NCBI GenBank assembly: GCA_021792615.1
Contig: JAJYUJ010000008.1
Location: 11,900-75,899, forward strand
DNA length: 64,000 nucleotides
Direction of reading: 5' to 3'
Source of the DNA: a bacterium
Lineage (GTDB): Bacteria > JAMCPX01
Positions within the stretch are counted from its first letter, which is position 1; each line of letters begins with the position of its first letter. The position numbers and the translations under genes were made by a program. Under the pieces are notes generated by a model. It saw only the letters and a list, made by a program, of their open reading frames with translations, made no database searches and was not told the DNA's origin. This document shows, piece by piece, positions 46,855 through 56,759 of this stretch.

Positions 46855-48683
46855 TATTCCACGGTAACGCTTTTGGCCAGGTTCTTGGGCTGGTCAACAT
46901 CAGTGCCGTTGATTACCGCGATATGATATGCGAGCAACTGGAGGGGGACGATCGAAAGTATGGGGGTGAAGAGTTCGTCGATCTCGGGGAGCAAAAAGAA
47001 CGAATCCGAGAGGTTCTGGATCTCGTTGTTGCCTGCGTTCGTAAAACTGATGATCTTCCCGTCCCTTGCCTTTACCTCTTCCATGTTGTTTTTTATCTTT
47101 TCATAGACCTTGCCTTTAACGGCTATAAAAACGACGGGCATATCTTTATTGACCAGTGCTATGGGGCCATGTTTGATCTCTCCCGCAGGATAGCCCTCTG
47201 CATGGACGTAGGAAATCTCTTTGAGTTTGAGCGCGCCCTCCAGAGCCACAGGGTAGCTTATGCCCCTGCCGAGATAGAGGAAATCAGAGTAGCGTGCATA
47301 TTCCTTTGCAATGGAGACCAGCAGGTCTTCTTGTTTCAGGAGGGTGTCCAGCAGAGACGGAATGGTAACCAGGGTATCGATAGAGAGGGCGGCCTGTTGT
47401 TTCGAAATCCTGCCGAGGCCCCTGCCGATATGTATGGCAAGCAGATAGATCGTGATCAACTGTGCCGTGAACGCCTTTGTGGATGCAACGCTTATCTCGG
47501 GACCCGCATGGGTATAGAGGACGTGGTCCGATTCCCGTGCTATGGTACTGTCTATAACGTTGCAGATACTCAGAACATGACTTCCGTGTTTTTTTGCGAG
47601 ACGCAGGGCTGCAAGCGTGTCCGCGGTCTCGCCGGACTGGGATATGGCAATGGTTAATGTTTCGTTGCCCACAAGCGGCGTTTTATATCTGAATTCGGAT
47701 GCCACGTCGACATCGACGGGGATACCCGTCATCTCCTCGATGATATACTTGCCGGTCAGGCCCGCATGGTAGGATGTACCGCATGCCACAAAATTTATCC
47801 GTTTCAGCGCATGCATGATTTTCCCGTCGATCCCGGCCTCTTTGAGGTCTATCTCTTTTTTATCGAACAGCAGCCGGTCCCGCATGGTGTCCGTTATTGC
47901 CTGCGGCTGTTCGAAAATTTCTTTTTGCATAAAATGCTTGTATCCGCCTTTTTCCGCCATCGCCGGGCTGATATCGAACTGTTTTGGATTCACGGGCAGC
48001 GGGCTGCCGGTGAAATCAAAAAGCTTTACATCCTCAGCGGTGATAACGGCAATGGTCCCGTCGTTCATAAACAGCATTTTGTTGGTGTACGGCAGGATTG
48101 CAGGCATGTCCGAGGCGAATATATTCTCGCTGTTGCCAAACCCCAGCACCAGGGGGCTTGCCTCCCGTACGGCTATGAGCTTGTCCGGGTTCTTTGCGTA
48201 CAGGACACCGAGTGCAAAGGAGCCCCTCAATTGGTTAACCGAAGCAAGGACCGCTTGTTCGAACGGCTCTCCGGACTTGATATGGTCTTCTATAAGATGT
48301 GCTATGATCTCGGTATCGGTTTCCGACTTGAAGTGGTGCCCCCGGTCCTTCAGCATTGCTCTGAGTTCCGTATAGTTTTCTATAATGCCGTTATGGATGA
48401 CAACAACGTCTCCTGCCCTGTGGGGGTGGGCGTTTTCATCTGAGGGTTTACCGTGTGTTGCCCAGCGCGTATGACCGAGACCTGTTGTCCCGTTTATCGT
48501 TTCATGCCGGACGACCTCGATAAGATCTTTTATCTTCCCTTTTTTTCTCCGTACGATAAGCCCGTCATCCGTCAGGATAGCGACACCGGAAGAATCGTAT
48601 CCCCGGTACTCCAGCCTTTTCAGGCCGTCGAGGATAATGGGAAGTGCATGCCTCTTGCCTATGTACCCGACGATGCCGCACAT
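46854..48683 (-). CDS. glmS: Glutamine--fructose-6-phosphate aminotransferase
   Basis: N-terminal MCGIVGYIG (Cys2 glutaminase), then SIS domains, then C-terminal ...SVTVE. 609 aa. Confidence 0.97.
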   Translation of the reverse strand: MCGIVGYIGKRHALPIILDGLKRLEYRGYDSSGVAILTDDGLIVRRKKGKIKDLIEVVRHETINGTTGLGHTRWATHGKPSDENAHPHRAGDVVVIHNGIIENYTELRAMLKDRGHHFKSETDTEIIAHLIEDHIKSGEPFEQAVLASVNQLRGSFALGVLYAKNPDKLIAVREASPLVLGFGNSENIFASDMPAILPYTNKMLFMNDGTIAVITAEDVKLFDFTGSPLPVNPKQFDISPAMAEKGGYKHFMQKEIFEQPQAITDTMRDRLLFDKKEIDLKEAGIDGKIMHALKRINFVACGTSYHAGLTGKYIIEEMTGIPVDVDVASEFRYKTPLVGNETLTIAISQSGETADTLAALRLAKKHGSHVLSICNVIDSTIARESDHVLYTHAGPEISVASTKAFTAQLITIYLLAIHIGRGLGRISKQQAALSIDTLVTIPSLLDTLLKQEDLLVSIAKEYARYSDFLYLGRGISYPVALEGALKLKEISYVHAEGYPAGEIKHGPIALVNKDMPVVFIAVKGKVYEKIKNNMEEVKARDGKIISFTNAGNNEIQNLSDSFFLLPEIDELFTPILSIVPLQLLAYHIAVINGTDVDQPKNLAKSVTVE

Positions 48684-50074
48684 TATCTGCCGCCGAGCTT
48701 GCTTTTTCTCTTCATCGCATACCCCTCGATTGTCCTCTGCTCGGAACGCTCGATGCCGAGAGCTCCCGGGGGCACGTCCTTGGTAATGGCCGATGCGGCC
48801 CCGATTATGGCCCCCCTGCCGACGCGGACCGGAGCAACAAGGGCTGTATCGCTTCCGATAAATGCCTCGTCCTCAATCACGGTTGGGTTTTTCTTGAACC
48901 CGTCATAGTTGCAGGTAATCGTACCGGCGCCAACATTCACCCTGCTGCCTATGGTCGCATCGCCGATATACGAGAGATGGTTTACCTTCGAACCCTTGCC
49001 GATGGAGGATTTTTTGACTTCGACAAAGTTGCCGATGCGGACATTTTCATCGAGGACCGTCTCGGGCCGCAACCGGGCAAAGGGGCCTATTATCGCATCC
49101 TTGCCCACGATACTCTGCTCTATGACACTGTACGGCTTAATTTCTACCCCGTCGTTTATTTTGGAATCTTTTATAATCGTTCCGTTCCAGATAATGCACC
49201 GTTTCCCTATTTTTGTCCCGTTCATGAGAAAACTGTTCGGATAGACGATGCTGTCCTTACCGATGACGACATCCTGTTCGATGTAAGTGGTGCCGGGATC
49301 GAAGATCGTAACACCGCTCGCCATAAGTCTGTTCAACTTGCGCTGATTGAGTATGCTCTCGGAGTGCGCCAGTGCCTTCCTGTTGTTGACGCCAAGTACC
49401 TGGTCCGCATCGTCGGTATGGTAGTTCATTACCTTTTTTTTCATGGACTGCAGGATGCTGATGATATCGGTGAGATAGTATTCCCCGGTAACCTCGGAGG
49501 GCTTGACACGCTCCAAAGCCTTCAGGAGCAGCTTGCAGGACGCCAGGTAAATACCCGCGTTGATCTCTTTCACTTTTTTCACCTTATCGTCTGCGTCATT
49601 TTCTTCTACGATCTTGAATTTGCCCGCCTTTTTGATGACCCTCCCGTACCCTTCCGGATTGTCCAGCGTGGAGGTTATAAACCCGAGAGATGCTTTGGAT
49701 GCCTTGTAGTGTTCATAAAAATCCTTGATAAGCACATGTTTTATCAACGGCACATCGCCATTCAGAATCAGAACATCACCCTCGAGTTCAGAGAGCTCCT
49801 GAGATGCGGAACGAACCGCATCCGCGGTACCGAGCTGTTTGTCCTGGTGGACAAATATGGCGTCTTCATACCTCTTTGCAACATAGTCCATGATGATTTC
49901 TTTGCCGATGCCAACGACAACGATGACCTTGTCGGAAGGCAGATCGATCGCCCTCCTCAGGATGTACTCGATCATCGGCAGTCCGCCGATGGGATGAAAA
50001 ACCTTCGGAATATCGGATTTCATCCGTTTGCCTTCGCCCGCCGCAAGGATAATGGTATAAAGCTTTGTATCCAT
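48683..50074 (-). CDS. glmU: Bifunctional UDP-N-acetylglucosamine diphosphorylase / glucosamine-1-phosphate N-acetyltransferase
   Basis: 463 aa. N-terminal nucleotidyltransferase (LAAGEGKRM) and a C-terminal left-handed beta-helix of hexapeptide repeats. Confidence 0.95.
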   Translation of the reverse strand: MDTKLYTIILAAGEGKRMKSDIPKVFHPIGGLPMIEYILRRAIDLPSDKVIVVVGIGKEIIMDYVAKRYEDAIFVHQDKQLGTADAVRSASQELSELEGDVLILNGDVPLIKHVLIKDFYEHYKASKASLGFITSTLDNPEGYGRVIKKAGKFKIVEENDADDKVKKVKEINAGIYLASCKLLLKALERVKPSEVTGEYYLTDIISILQSMKKKVMNYHTDDADQVLGVNNRKALAHSESILNQRKLNRLMASGVTIFDPGTTYIEQDVVIGKDSIVYPNSFLMNGTKIGKRCIIWNGTIIKDSKINDGVEIKPYSVIEQSIVGKDAIIGPFARLRPETVLDENVRIGNFVEVKKSSIGKGSKVNHLSYIGDATIGSRVNVGAGTITCNYDGFKKNPTVIEDEAFIGSDTALVAPVRVGRGAIIGAASAITKDVPPGALGIERSEQRTIEGYAMKRKSKLGGR

Positions 50075-50089
50075 GGATATCCTCCCCTG

Positions 50090-50995
50090 TTATTTGATTA
50101 AGAATTTCAATATTGCCTTTTGCATGTGGAGTCTGTTCTCCGCCTGATCAAACACGACCGATTGCCTGCCGTCCAGTACTTCGGATGTTATCTCTTCTCC
50201 CCGGTGAGCGGGAAGGCAGTGCATAACGATTGCATCGCGGCCGGCGTGCTGCAGCAATGTGCCGTTGATCTGGAATCCCTCAAATGCCTTCAGCTTTTCC
50301 ATTCTTACGTTCTCCTGCCCCATGCTGACCCATACGTCGGTATAAACAACGTCCGCATTCCTGACCGCATCAACCGGAGTATTGCACAGCGTTATAGATT
50401 CCGGGCTCATTGCCATTGCCTTTTTCAACACCGCCTGCGGCGGCTTATGCGATTCCGGTGTTGCAATGTTCAGCTTGATGCCGAGTACGCCTGCAGCCTC
50501 AAGCCATGAGTTTAAAACATTGTTGCCGTCGCCGATATAGGCGTAGGTCAGTTTCTTATAATCACCCTTTTTTTCATACACGGTGAGAAGGTCACTGAGT
50601 ATCTGGCATGGATGGGAAAGATCGGAAAGCCCGTTGATGACAGGCACGGATGCCGCATCAGCAAGTTGGATGACATTGTCATGGGCAAAGGTGCGCAGCA
50701 TGATAGCGTCGACATACCGCGACATAGTGCGGGCAGTGTCCCGGATGGTTTCACCCCGCGAGAGCTGCAGGTCGTTGGAATTGAGGAACAGGGCAGTTCC
50801 GCCGAGCTGGTACATGCCCACTTCAAACGAGATCCTTGTCCTTGTCGAAGATTTTTCGAAGATCATGGCAAGGGTCTTTCCCTTTAACGGCGGCGAGCCT
50901 TTCTTTCCCTTTTTCAGCTTAACCGCTTCTTTTATCAGTCCGTCAATCTCTGCCTTTCTTAGGTCAAATATACTGATCAAATCTCGTTTCGACAT
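50090..50995 (-). CDS. argF: Ornithine carbamoyltransferase
   Basis: STRTR, HPCQ and HCLPA motifs. 301 aa. Confidence 0.93.
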   Translation of the reverse strand: MSKRDLISIFDLRKAEIDGLIKEAVKLKKGKKGSPPLKGKTLAMIFEKSSTRTRISFEVGMYQLGGTALFLNSNDLQLSRGETIRDTARTMSRYVDAIMLRTFAHDNVIQLADAASVPVINGLSDLSHPCQILSDLLTVYEKKGDYKKLTYAYIGDGNNVLNSWLEAAGVLGIKLNIATPESHKPPQAVLKKAMAMSPESITLCNTPVDAVRNADVVYTDVWVSMGQENVRMEKLKAFEGFQINGTLLQHAGRDAIVMHCLPAHRGEEITSEVLDGRQSVVFDQAENRLHMQKAILKFLIK

Positions 50996-51203
50996 ACCAT
51001 CCTCTTCTCTTTATTTTATCCCGTTGAAAAGTTGAGCCCTGCAGGCACAAACCATTTTGATAAATAAAACGCCTTATCAAAAGGGCATTATTATCACCGC
51101 ATCCTTTCTAACGGGATTTATCCGGATCACAGTACCATGCCTGACTGATTTTATCAAATGGATACGGAAAGTGCGTCTGAAAAATAAATGAGGAAACCCG
51201 CAT

Positions 51204-51474
51204 AATGCGTTTTAAAAATAAGGAAGTTTATGCAATGAGTGATGGGGTACCCACCCGGCCGGGAAGGGTGCGGATGAGGTCTCATGAAGACGACCATAGA
51301 CCTCACCTTAATCCTCTCCTAAGAGGAGAGGAAAAGAAAAGAAGAAAATTCAGCCCCCTAAGAAATGATTTTCCCTGTCAAGGGGATAAGTAAGGTCTCC
51401 CCCTGTCAAGGGGGAATGAGGGGGTTGTGGATCGCGGGAATAAGTAAATTTCCTTATTGCATTTTTCGGGTAAC
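51204..51474. mobile_element. MITE-like element, variant copy D (about 270 bp), inverted relative to copy C
   Basis: Ends ...TTATTGCATTTTTCGGGTAAC. The interior is near-identical to the reverse complement of 45441-45676, with an extra roughly 25-bp internal duplication (GGGATAAGTAAGGTCTCCCCCTGTCAA). Confidence 0.7.
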
Positions 51475-51527
51475 TGTAATGAGCGATGGGATGAAAGGAT
51501 CGCGGAATTGAGTGAAAAATGCTGCCG

Positions 51528-52733
51528 CTATTGCAGAGCCGAAGCAACAGCCTTTTCGAACAGTTCCAGGCCCTTTTTCAGCTCCTGCCGGGTAATGATA
51601 AGCGGCGGCAGAAACCTGACGATAGTACCGTTGGTCACATTGACGATAAGACCCGATTTCAGGCATGCATCAAAAACCTTTGCCGCATGGTCGGGATTAT
51701 AAAACTCCGTGCCCAGGGCAAGCCCTATGCCCCGGATGTCTTTTATGGTATCCGGATATTTTTTCTTTATCTCCCGCAGTTGTTTTAATGCGGCGGCGCC
51801 GAGGTCTTTGGCATTGCCGGACAGCCTGTGCTTCATTATATAATTTATCGAAGCTATCCCGGCCGCTGCGGCAAGGGGCGAACCCCCGAACGTTGTGCCG
51901 TGGGTACCATAATCGAAATATTTGGATACCGCTTTTGTTGCGAGCATTGCCCCCATGGGTACGCCCCCTGCAATGGATTTCGCAATGGTGACCATGTCCG
52001 GCTTTATTCCATAATTTTCGTAAGCGAACAGCCTGCCCGTCCTTCCAAGTCCCACCTGCACCTCGTCCATAATCAAAAGGATGTCCTTTTTCTTTGTCTG
52101 CTCCCGGACAAAACCCATATACTCCTTTGTTGCGGGATAAATGCCGCCTTCACCCTGAACGGGCTCAAGGATCACCGCGCACACGTCATCCCCCAGTGCT
52201 GCATGCATGTCGTCGATATCATTAAAGCCCACGTACCTGAAGCCCGGCACCATGGGCTCAAACCCAATCTGATATTTCTTTTGTCCCGTCGCGGAGAGTG
52301 TGCCGTACGTCCTGCCATGAAAAGAGTTGTTCGCACTGATCACGACATACCTGCCCCGGCCGTACTTTTTGTATGAATAGAGCCGTGAAAGTTTGAGTGC
52401 GCCCTCGTTTGCCTCTGCACCGCTGTTGCAGAAAAATACTTGATCCGCAAAAGAATTTTTTGTAATCAACCGGGCGAGTTCCGCCTGGGGAGCAGTGTAA
52501 AAATCATTTGTTACCAGGATAAGCTTTTTTGCCTGTGCCGAGATTGCCTTTATGACATCGGGGTTGGAGTAACCGGTGTTTGCAGCCCCCCGCGCACCGA
52601 GAAAGTCCATGTACCGTTTTCCGCTGTTGTCCCACAGGTATATCCCTTTGCCTTTCGTTATGACAAGGGGTATCCTCTTGTAGGTGTGCATGATAAAATC
52701 ATCAGCCATTTTTATGATATCATCTTTTCTCAT
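51528..52733 (-). CDS. argD: Acetylornithine aminotransferase (class III PLP aminotransferase)
   Basis: 401 aa with the PLP-Lys region (DEVQVGLGRTGRLFA) and ArgD-like length and context. Confidence 0.9.
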   Translation of the reverse strand: MRKDDIIKMADDFIMHTYKRIPLVITKGKGIYLWDNSGKRYMDFLGARGAANTGYSNPDVIKAISAQAKKLILVTNDFYTAPQAELARLITKNSFADQVFFCNSGAEANEGALKLSRLYSYKKYGRGRYVVISANNSFHGRTYGTLSATGQKKYQIGFEPMVPGFRYVGFNDIDDMHAALGDDVCAVILEPVQGEGGIYPATKEYMGFVREQTKKKDILLIMDEVQVGLGRTGRLFAYENYGIKPDMVTIAKSIAGGVPMGAMLATKAVSKYFDYGTHGTTFGGSPLAAAAGIASINYIMKHRLSGNAKDLGAAALKQLREIKKKYPDTIKDIRGIGLALGTEFYNPDHAAKVFDACLKSGLIVNVTNGTIVRFLPPLIITRQELKKGLELFEKAVASALQ

Positions 52734-52799
52734 TACTGCTATCCTCTTTTATTTTTAATCTTAAATTAGTAATATTTAATTTTTTATTTTTTCATATTC

Positions 52800-52845
52800 T
52801 CGAATATTGAATATTTAATTTTGAGTTTTGAATTTCTATTCGTTA
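52800..52845. promoter_or_regulatory. Candidate ARG-box-like operator(s) in the argB-argD spacer
   Basis: TTTGAATTTCTATTCG resembles the ARG box consensus TNTGAATWWWWATTCANW. An adjacent TTGAATATTTAATTTTGA half-match is present. The spacer is AT-rich. Confidence 0.25.
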
Positions 52846-53709
52846 CGTTATCTCCGTCCCTACACCTTCGGGCGTGAATATCTCCAGCAGTACGGCGTGC
52901 GGGATCCTTCCATCAATGATATGGCATTTTTTTACGCCATGCTTGAGTGCGTCCACGGCAAACCTCACCTTGGGGATCATGCCGCCCTTTATTACCCCGG
53001 AGCTTATGAGCCCTTCGACATCCTGCGATTTTATATCCGGCAGCAATTTGCCGCTCTTATCGAGAACACCGTCAACATCCGTGAGCATAATGAGTTTTTC
53101 GGCTTTCAGGGAAGAGGCGATCTTTGCAGCGGCAACATCCGCATTTACATTGAATGCGCGGCCGTCATCACCGACAGCGACCGGAGCTATAACCGGTATA
53201 AAGTGGTTCAACTCCAGTGTCCGTATGATCTTCGTATCGGCGCTCACGATATCCCCCGTCCTTCCCATGTCGAGTATATCACCGCTCTCCCTGCTCTTCA
53301 TCTCTACCATCTTGGCTATCAAAAGTTTGCCGTCTTTTCCGCTTATACCGACGGCCTTGCCGCCGAGGTGATTGATAAGGCCGACGATTTCCTTGTTGAT
53401 CTTTCCGACGAGGACCATCTCGACGACATCCATGGTCTTCTCGTCCGTTACGCGCAATCCGTCGATGAACTTGCTTTCCTTGCCCAGTTGTTTGAGCAGG
53501 TCGTCTATCTGAGGGCCTCCGCCGTGCACGACCACGGGCTTGAGACCGATGTACCACATCAGGATAATGTCGCGGGCGAAATTGTTTTTCAACTGTTCGT
53601 CGAGCATTGCATGGCCGCCGAATTTAAACACGAACGTCTTTCCGTAAAAGCTTTTTATGTACGGCAATGCCTCTATAAGAACGGATGCCTTTTGAATATT
53701 GTTTTCCAT
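52843..53709 (-). CDS. argB: Acetylglutamate kinase
   Basis: FVFKFGGHAM...VVVHGGGPQI... 288 aa. Confidence 0.93.
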   Translation of the reverse strand: MENNIQKASVLIEALPYIKSFYGKTFVFKFGGHAMLDEQLKNNFARDIILMWYIGLKPVVVHGGGPQIDDLLKQLGKESKFIDGLRVTDEKTMDVVEMVLVGKINKEIVGLINHLGGKAVGISGKDGKLLIAKMVEMKSRESGDILDMGRTGDIVSADTKIIRTLELNHFIPVIAPVAVGDDGRAFNVNADVAAAKIASSLKAEKLIMLTDVDGVLDKSGKLLPDIKSQDVEGLISSGVIKGGMIPKVRFAVDALKHGVKKCHIIDGRIPHAVLLEIFTPEGVGTEIT

Positions 53710-53711
53710 TT

Positions 53712-55130
53712 TTAAAGGATATACTTGCTCAGATCCTCGTTCTTCAAAATCGGATTGAGCTTTTCTCCGACGTACTTTTCATCGATTACAAACTTGCTGT
53801 CTTTGTATTTCGATGTGTCGAAGGATATGTCTTCCAGCAGCCTTTCCATTACCGTGTGCAGCCTTCTTGCCCCGATGTTTTCAAGCCGGTCGTTGCTGAT
53901 ACTCGCAATCTCCGCAATTTTTTCTATGGCGTCTTTTGTATAAACGAGTTCCACATTTTCCGTTTTCATCATCTCTATGTACTGCTTTGTCAGGGCATTG
54001 TCCGGCTCTGTCAGTATCCTGATGAAGTCCTCTTTTGTCAAAGGCTCGAGTTCTACCCGGATCGGAAACCTTCCCTGCAATTCCGGGATAAGGTCCGACG
54101 GTTTGCTGACGTGGAAGGCACCTGCGGCTATAAACAGCATGTGGTCTGTCCTTACCATTCCGTACTTAGTCATCACGGTTGTCCCTTCTATGAGCGGCAG
54201 AAGGTCTCTCTGGACACCCTCTCGCGACACATCGGGTCCGTAACCCGATTCTTTGCTTGCTATCTTGTCTATCTCGTCTACAAATACGATCCCGGATTCC
54301 TCTACCTTTTTAATGGCTGTCCGCACGACCTTGTCCATATCCACAAGCTTCTCGAGCTCCTGCTGGATGATGAGCTCCCGTGCCTCCATGATCTTTATCT
54401 TTTTCTTCTTTGTTTTCTTCGGCAGCATGGTTTCGAACATCTCCCGCAGGTTGAACTCCATCTCATCGCTGCCCATGCCGGAGAAAACCTCTATGACCGG
54501 CATCGGCATGTACTGGATGTCCATCTCCACATAGCGGTTGTCGAACTTGCCGTCCCTGAGCATCGCCCTGAACTTTTCCCGTGTGCTCTTGGCGTCTTCG
54601 ACGATCTCGAGCATTTTCTGCTCTGTTTCCGGAGGCTTGTTGTTCGCGGGTTTTTTCTTGATGGGCAGTAAAAGATCGAGAAGTCTCTCTTCCGTGAGCT
54701 CTTCGGCCTTCGGCAATAAGTTGTCTTCTTCCTCTTCCCTGACCATTTTAACGGATATCTCGACGATATCCCTTACAATCGATTCCACATCCCTGCCGAC
54801 ATAACCGACCTCGGTGTACTTTGAAGCCTCGACCTTGAGAAAAGGCGCCTGGGCAAGCTTTGCAAGCCTGCGTGCTATCTCTGTTTTGCCGATACCGGTC
54901 GGACCTATCATGATGATATTCTTGGGGGCTATTTCATCCCGAATTTCTTCCGGCACATGCTGCCTTCTCCATCTGTTGCGCAGTGCTATTGCAACCATTT
55001 TTTTGGCATCTTTCTGACCGACAATATATCTGTTCAACTCCTGGACTATTGCCACAGGCAGCAGGGTATCGCTCGGTTCAATCTGTTCAAGTTTGTCTGC
55101 CGCAACAACGGCATTCCTCGGTTTTCTCAT
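53712..55130 (-). CDS. hslU: ATP-dependent protease ATPase subunit HslU
   Basis: Walker [16 protein letters not shown] and the hslU I-domain. 472 aa. Confidence 0.93.
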   Translation of the reverse strand: MRKPRNAVVAADKLEQIEPSDTLLPVAIVQELNRYIVGQKDAKKMVAIALRNRWRRQHVPEEIRDEIAPKNIIMIGPTGIGKTEIARRLAKLAQAPFLKVEASKYTEVGYVGRDVESIVRDIVEISVKMVREEEEDNLLPKAEELTEERLLDLLLPIKKKPANNKPPETEQKMLEIVEDAKSTREKFRAMLRDGKFDNRYVEMDIQYMPMPVIEVFSGMGSDEMEFNLREMFETMLPKKTKKKKIKIMEARELIIQQELEKLVDMDKVVRTAIKKVEESGIVFVDEIDKIASKESGYGPDVSREGVQRDLLPLIEGTTVMTKYGMVRTDHMLFIAAGAFHVSKPSDLIPELQGRFPIRVELEPLTKEDFIRILTEPDNALTKQYIEMMKTENVELVYTKDAIEKIAEIASISNDRLENIGARRLHTVMERLLEDISFDTSKYKDSKFVIDEKYVGEKLNPILKNEDLSKYIL

Positions 55131-55144
55131 CGTGTTTTACCTCT

Positions 55145-55672
55145 TTATAATTCTTCTATTGTAATAGTGCTGTTGGTGTAAATACATATCTCCGATGCAA
55201 TCTTCATTGCATTCTCGGCTATTTCCCTTGCCTCAAGATTGGAAAACCTTACCATTGCCCGCGCCGCAGACAAAGCGTAACTTCCTCCGGATCCTATTGC
55301 GACGAGGTTATCATCGGGTTCTATCACATCCCCTGTTCCGGAGAGTACCAGGGAAGTTGATTTATCCGCTGCAATCAGAAGGGCCTCAAGCCTTCTCAGG
55401 ATCTTATCCGTCCGCCAGTCTTTTGCAAGTTGTACGGCGGCCTTGAGGAGGTTCCCCCTGAACTCTTCGAGCTTTCCCTCGAATCTGTTGAAAAGGGTAA
55501 ACGCATCCGCTGTCGAGCCTGCAAAACCGACAAGGACGGTGTCGTTATAAAGCCTCCGTACCTTTTTTGCCGTGTGCTTCATTATGGTATCGCCCATGGT
55601 CACCTGTCCGTCACCTGCCAGGACGACCTTTCCCTTGTGCCGTACACCTATAATCGTTGTTCCGTGAAACAT
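55145..55672 (-). CDS. hslV: ATP-dependent protease subunit HslV
   Basis: [25 protein letters not shown] (Thr2 nucleophile after the Met). The tracked ORF is over-extended into the hairpin repeat. Confidence 0.92.
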   Translation of the reverse strand: MFHGTTIIGVRHKGKVVLAGDGQVTMGDTIMKHTAKKVRRLYNDTVLVGFAGSTADAFTLFNRFEGKLEEFRGNLLKAAVQLAKDWRTDKILRRLEALLIAADKSTSLVLSGTGDVIEPDDNLVAIGSGGSYALSAARAMVRFSNLEAREIAENAMKIASEICIYTNSTITIEEL

Positions 55673-55685
55673 GCCAACTCCTTTT

Positions 55686-56642
55686 TTAATTTCCCCCTGA
55701 TAAGGGGGACAAAGGGGGTTTCGACCCCTCACTTTTCATTCCCCGCTGCTTCCCCTTGTGTGCCCGCGGATGCGCATCATCGTAAACCTTCATGAGCCTG
55801 TCCATACTTGTGTGCGTGTAAATCTGTGTCGTCGAGATGCTCGAATGACCGAGCAGCTCCTGAATAAACCTTAAATCCGCACCTGCATCAAGCAGATGTG
55901 TTGCGAATGTATGCCGTAAAGAATGCGGGCTTATGTGTTTGTTGATGCCCGACTTCTGCATATATTTTTTTACAATCATACCAACGGCCCTTCGTGTAAG
56001 CCTTTTCCCGTATTTGTTTACAAACATAGCCCCTGTTTGTGCCTTGCCCTGTAAAAAAACCATTCTTTCCTTCAGATAATGCCCTACGACCTCAACAGCC
56101 TTTTTATTGACCGGAACAACACGCTCTTTTCTTCCCTTCCCGATAACCCGCACATAGCCTATATTAATATCAATATTCTCAATATCCAGTCCTACAAGTT
56201 CAGAAACACGCAATCCGCTTGCGTAAAACAGTTCCAGCATTGTCCTGTCCCGCAGGGATAAGAAGCTGTCGCCCTCCGGCAGTTCGATGAGGCCGAATAC
56301 CTCGTCAACATTCAGAAATCCAGGAAGCAGCTTGTCCTTCTTCGGTATTGCTATAAGTTCGGCAGGATTCATCCCGATATGATGTTCCCTCAGTAAAAAC
56401 TTGTAGAATGTTTTTAAAGCGGCAAGCTTCCTTCCCACAGAACTTTTCTTGTCCGTTTTCAGAAGCGAGGTTATGAAACTCCTTATCTCCGGCAAGCCTG
56501 CCGATTCAAGAGATTTCGCGGGATGTGTGGTCTTTAAAAATGCCGAAAATTGCCGCAGGTCAGAGAGGTAGGCATCAAGAGTATTGCCGGATGCGCCTTT
56601 CTCTACGTTGAGATAGGTACTGAAGGCATCAATATAATCCAT
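55686..56642 (-). CDS. xerC: Tyrosine recombinase XerC/XerD family
   Basis: R...HxxR...Y catalytic region [12 protein letters not shown]...[13 protein letters not shown]. The C-terminal roughly 20 codons read through a GC-hairpin repeat. Likely true start at MDYIDAF. Confidence 0.88.
   Translation of the reverse strand: MDYIDAFSTYLNVEKGASGNTLDAYLSDLRQFSAFLKTTHPAKSLESAGLPEIRSFITSLLKTDKKSSVGRKLAALKTFYKFLLREHHIGMNPAELIAIPKKDKLLPGFLNVDEVFGLIELPEGDSFLSLRDRTMLELFYASGLRVSELVGLDIENIDINIGYVRVIGKGRKERVVPVNKKAVEVVGHYLKERMVFLQGKAQTGAMFVNKYGKRLTRRAVGMIVKKYMQKSGINKHISPHSLRHTFATHLLDAGADLRFIQELLGHSSISTTQIYTHTSMDRLMKVYDDAHPRAHKGKQRGMKSEGSKPPLSPLSGGN
55690..55735. repeat. GC-clamped hairpin repeat (CCCCCTGATAAGGGGG, then ACAAAGGGGGTTTCGACCCC) between xerC and hslV
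   Basis: Same motif family as the tandem arrays at 63095-63195 and 63680-63750. Confidence 0.7.
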
Positions 56643-56759
56643 TGCATGGTAAAAGTAACACATTGCTTATGTATTTTCAATCGGAGGGGTATTCGGAGAA
56701 ACCCGTAACCCCTTTTTTACTTGATGATTTTTCTCAACTCGGTATACAGTGCATAAACA

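Noticed and set aside
47766-50101. Long + strand ORFs 47766..48443, 47815..48375, 48644..50101 and 48909..49244
   Set aside because: These are antisense shadows of glmS/glmU, which carry unambiguous motifs on the - strand.
53685-54804. ORF 53685..54671 (+) and other + strand ORFs through hslU
   Set aside because: Antisense to hslU; Leu/Phe-rich shadow frames.
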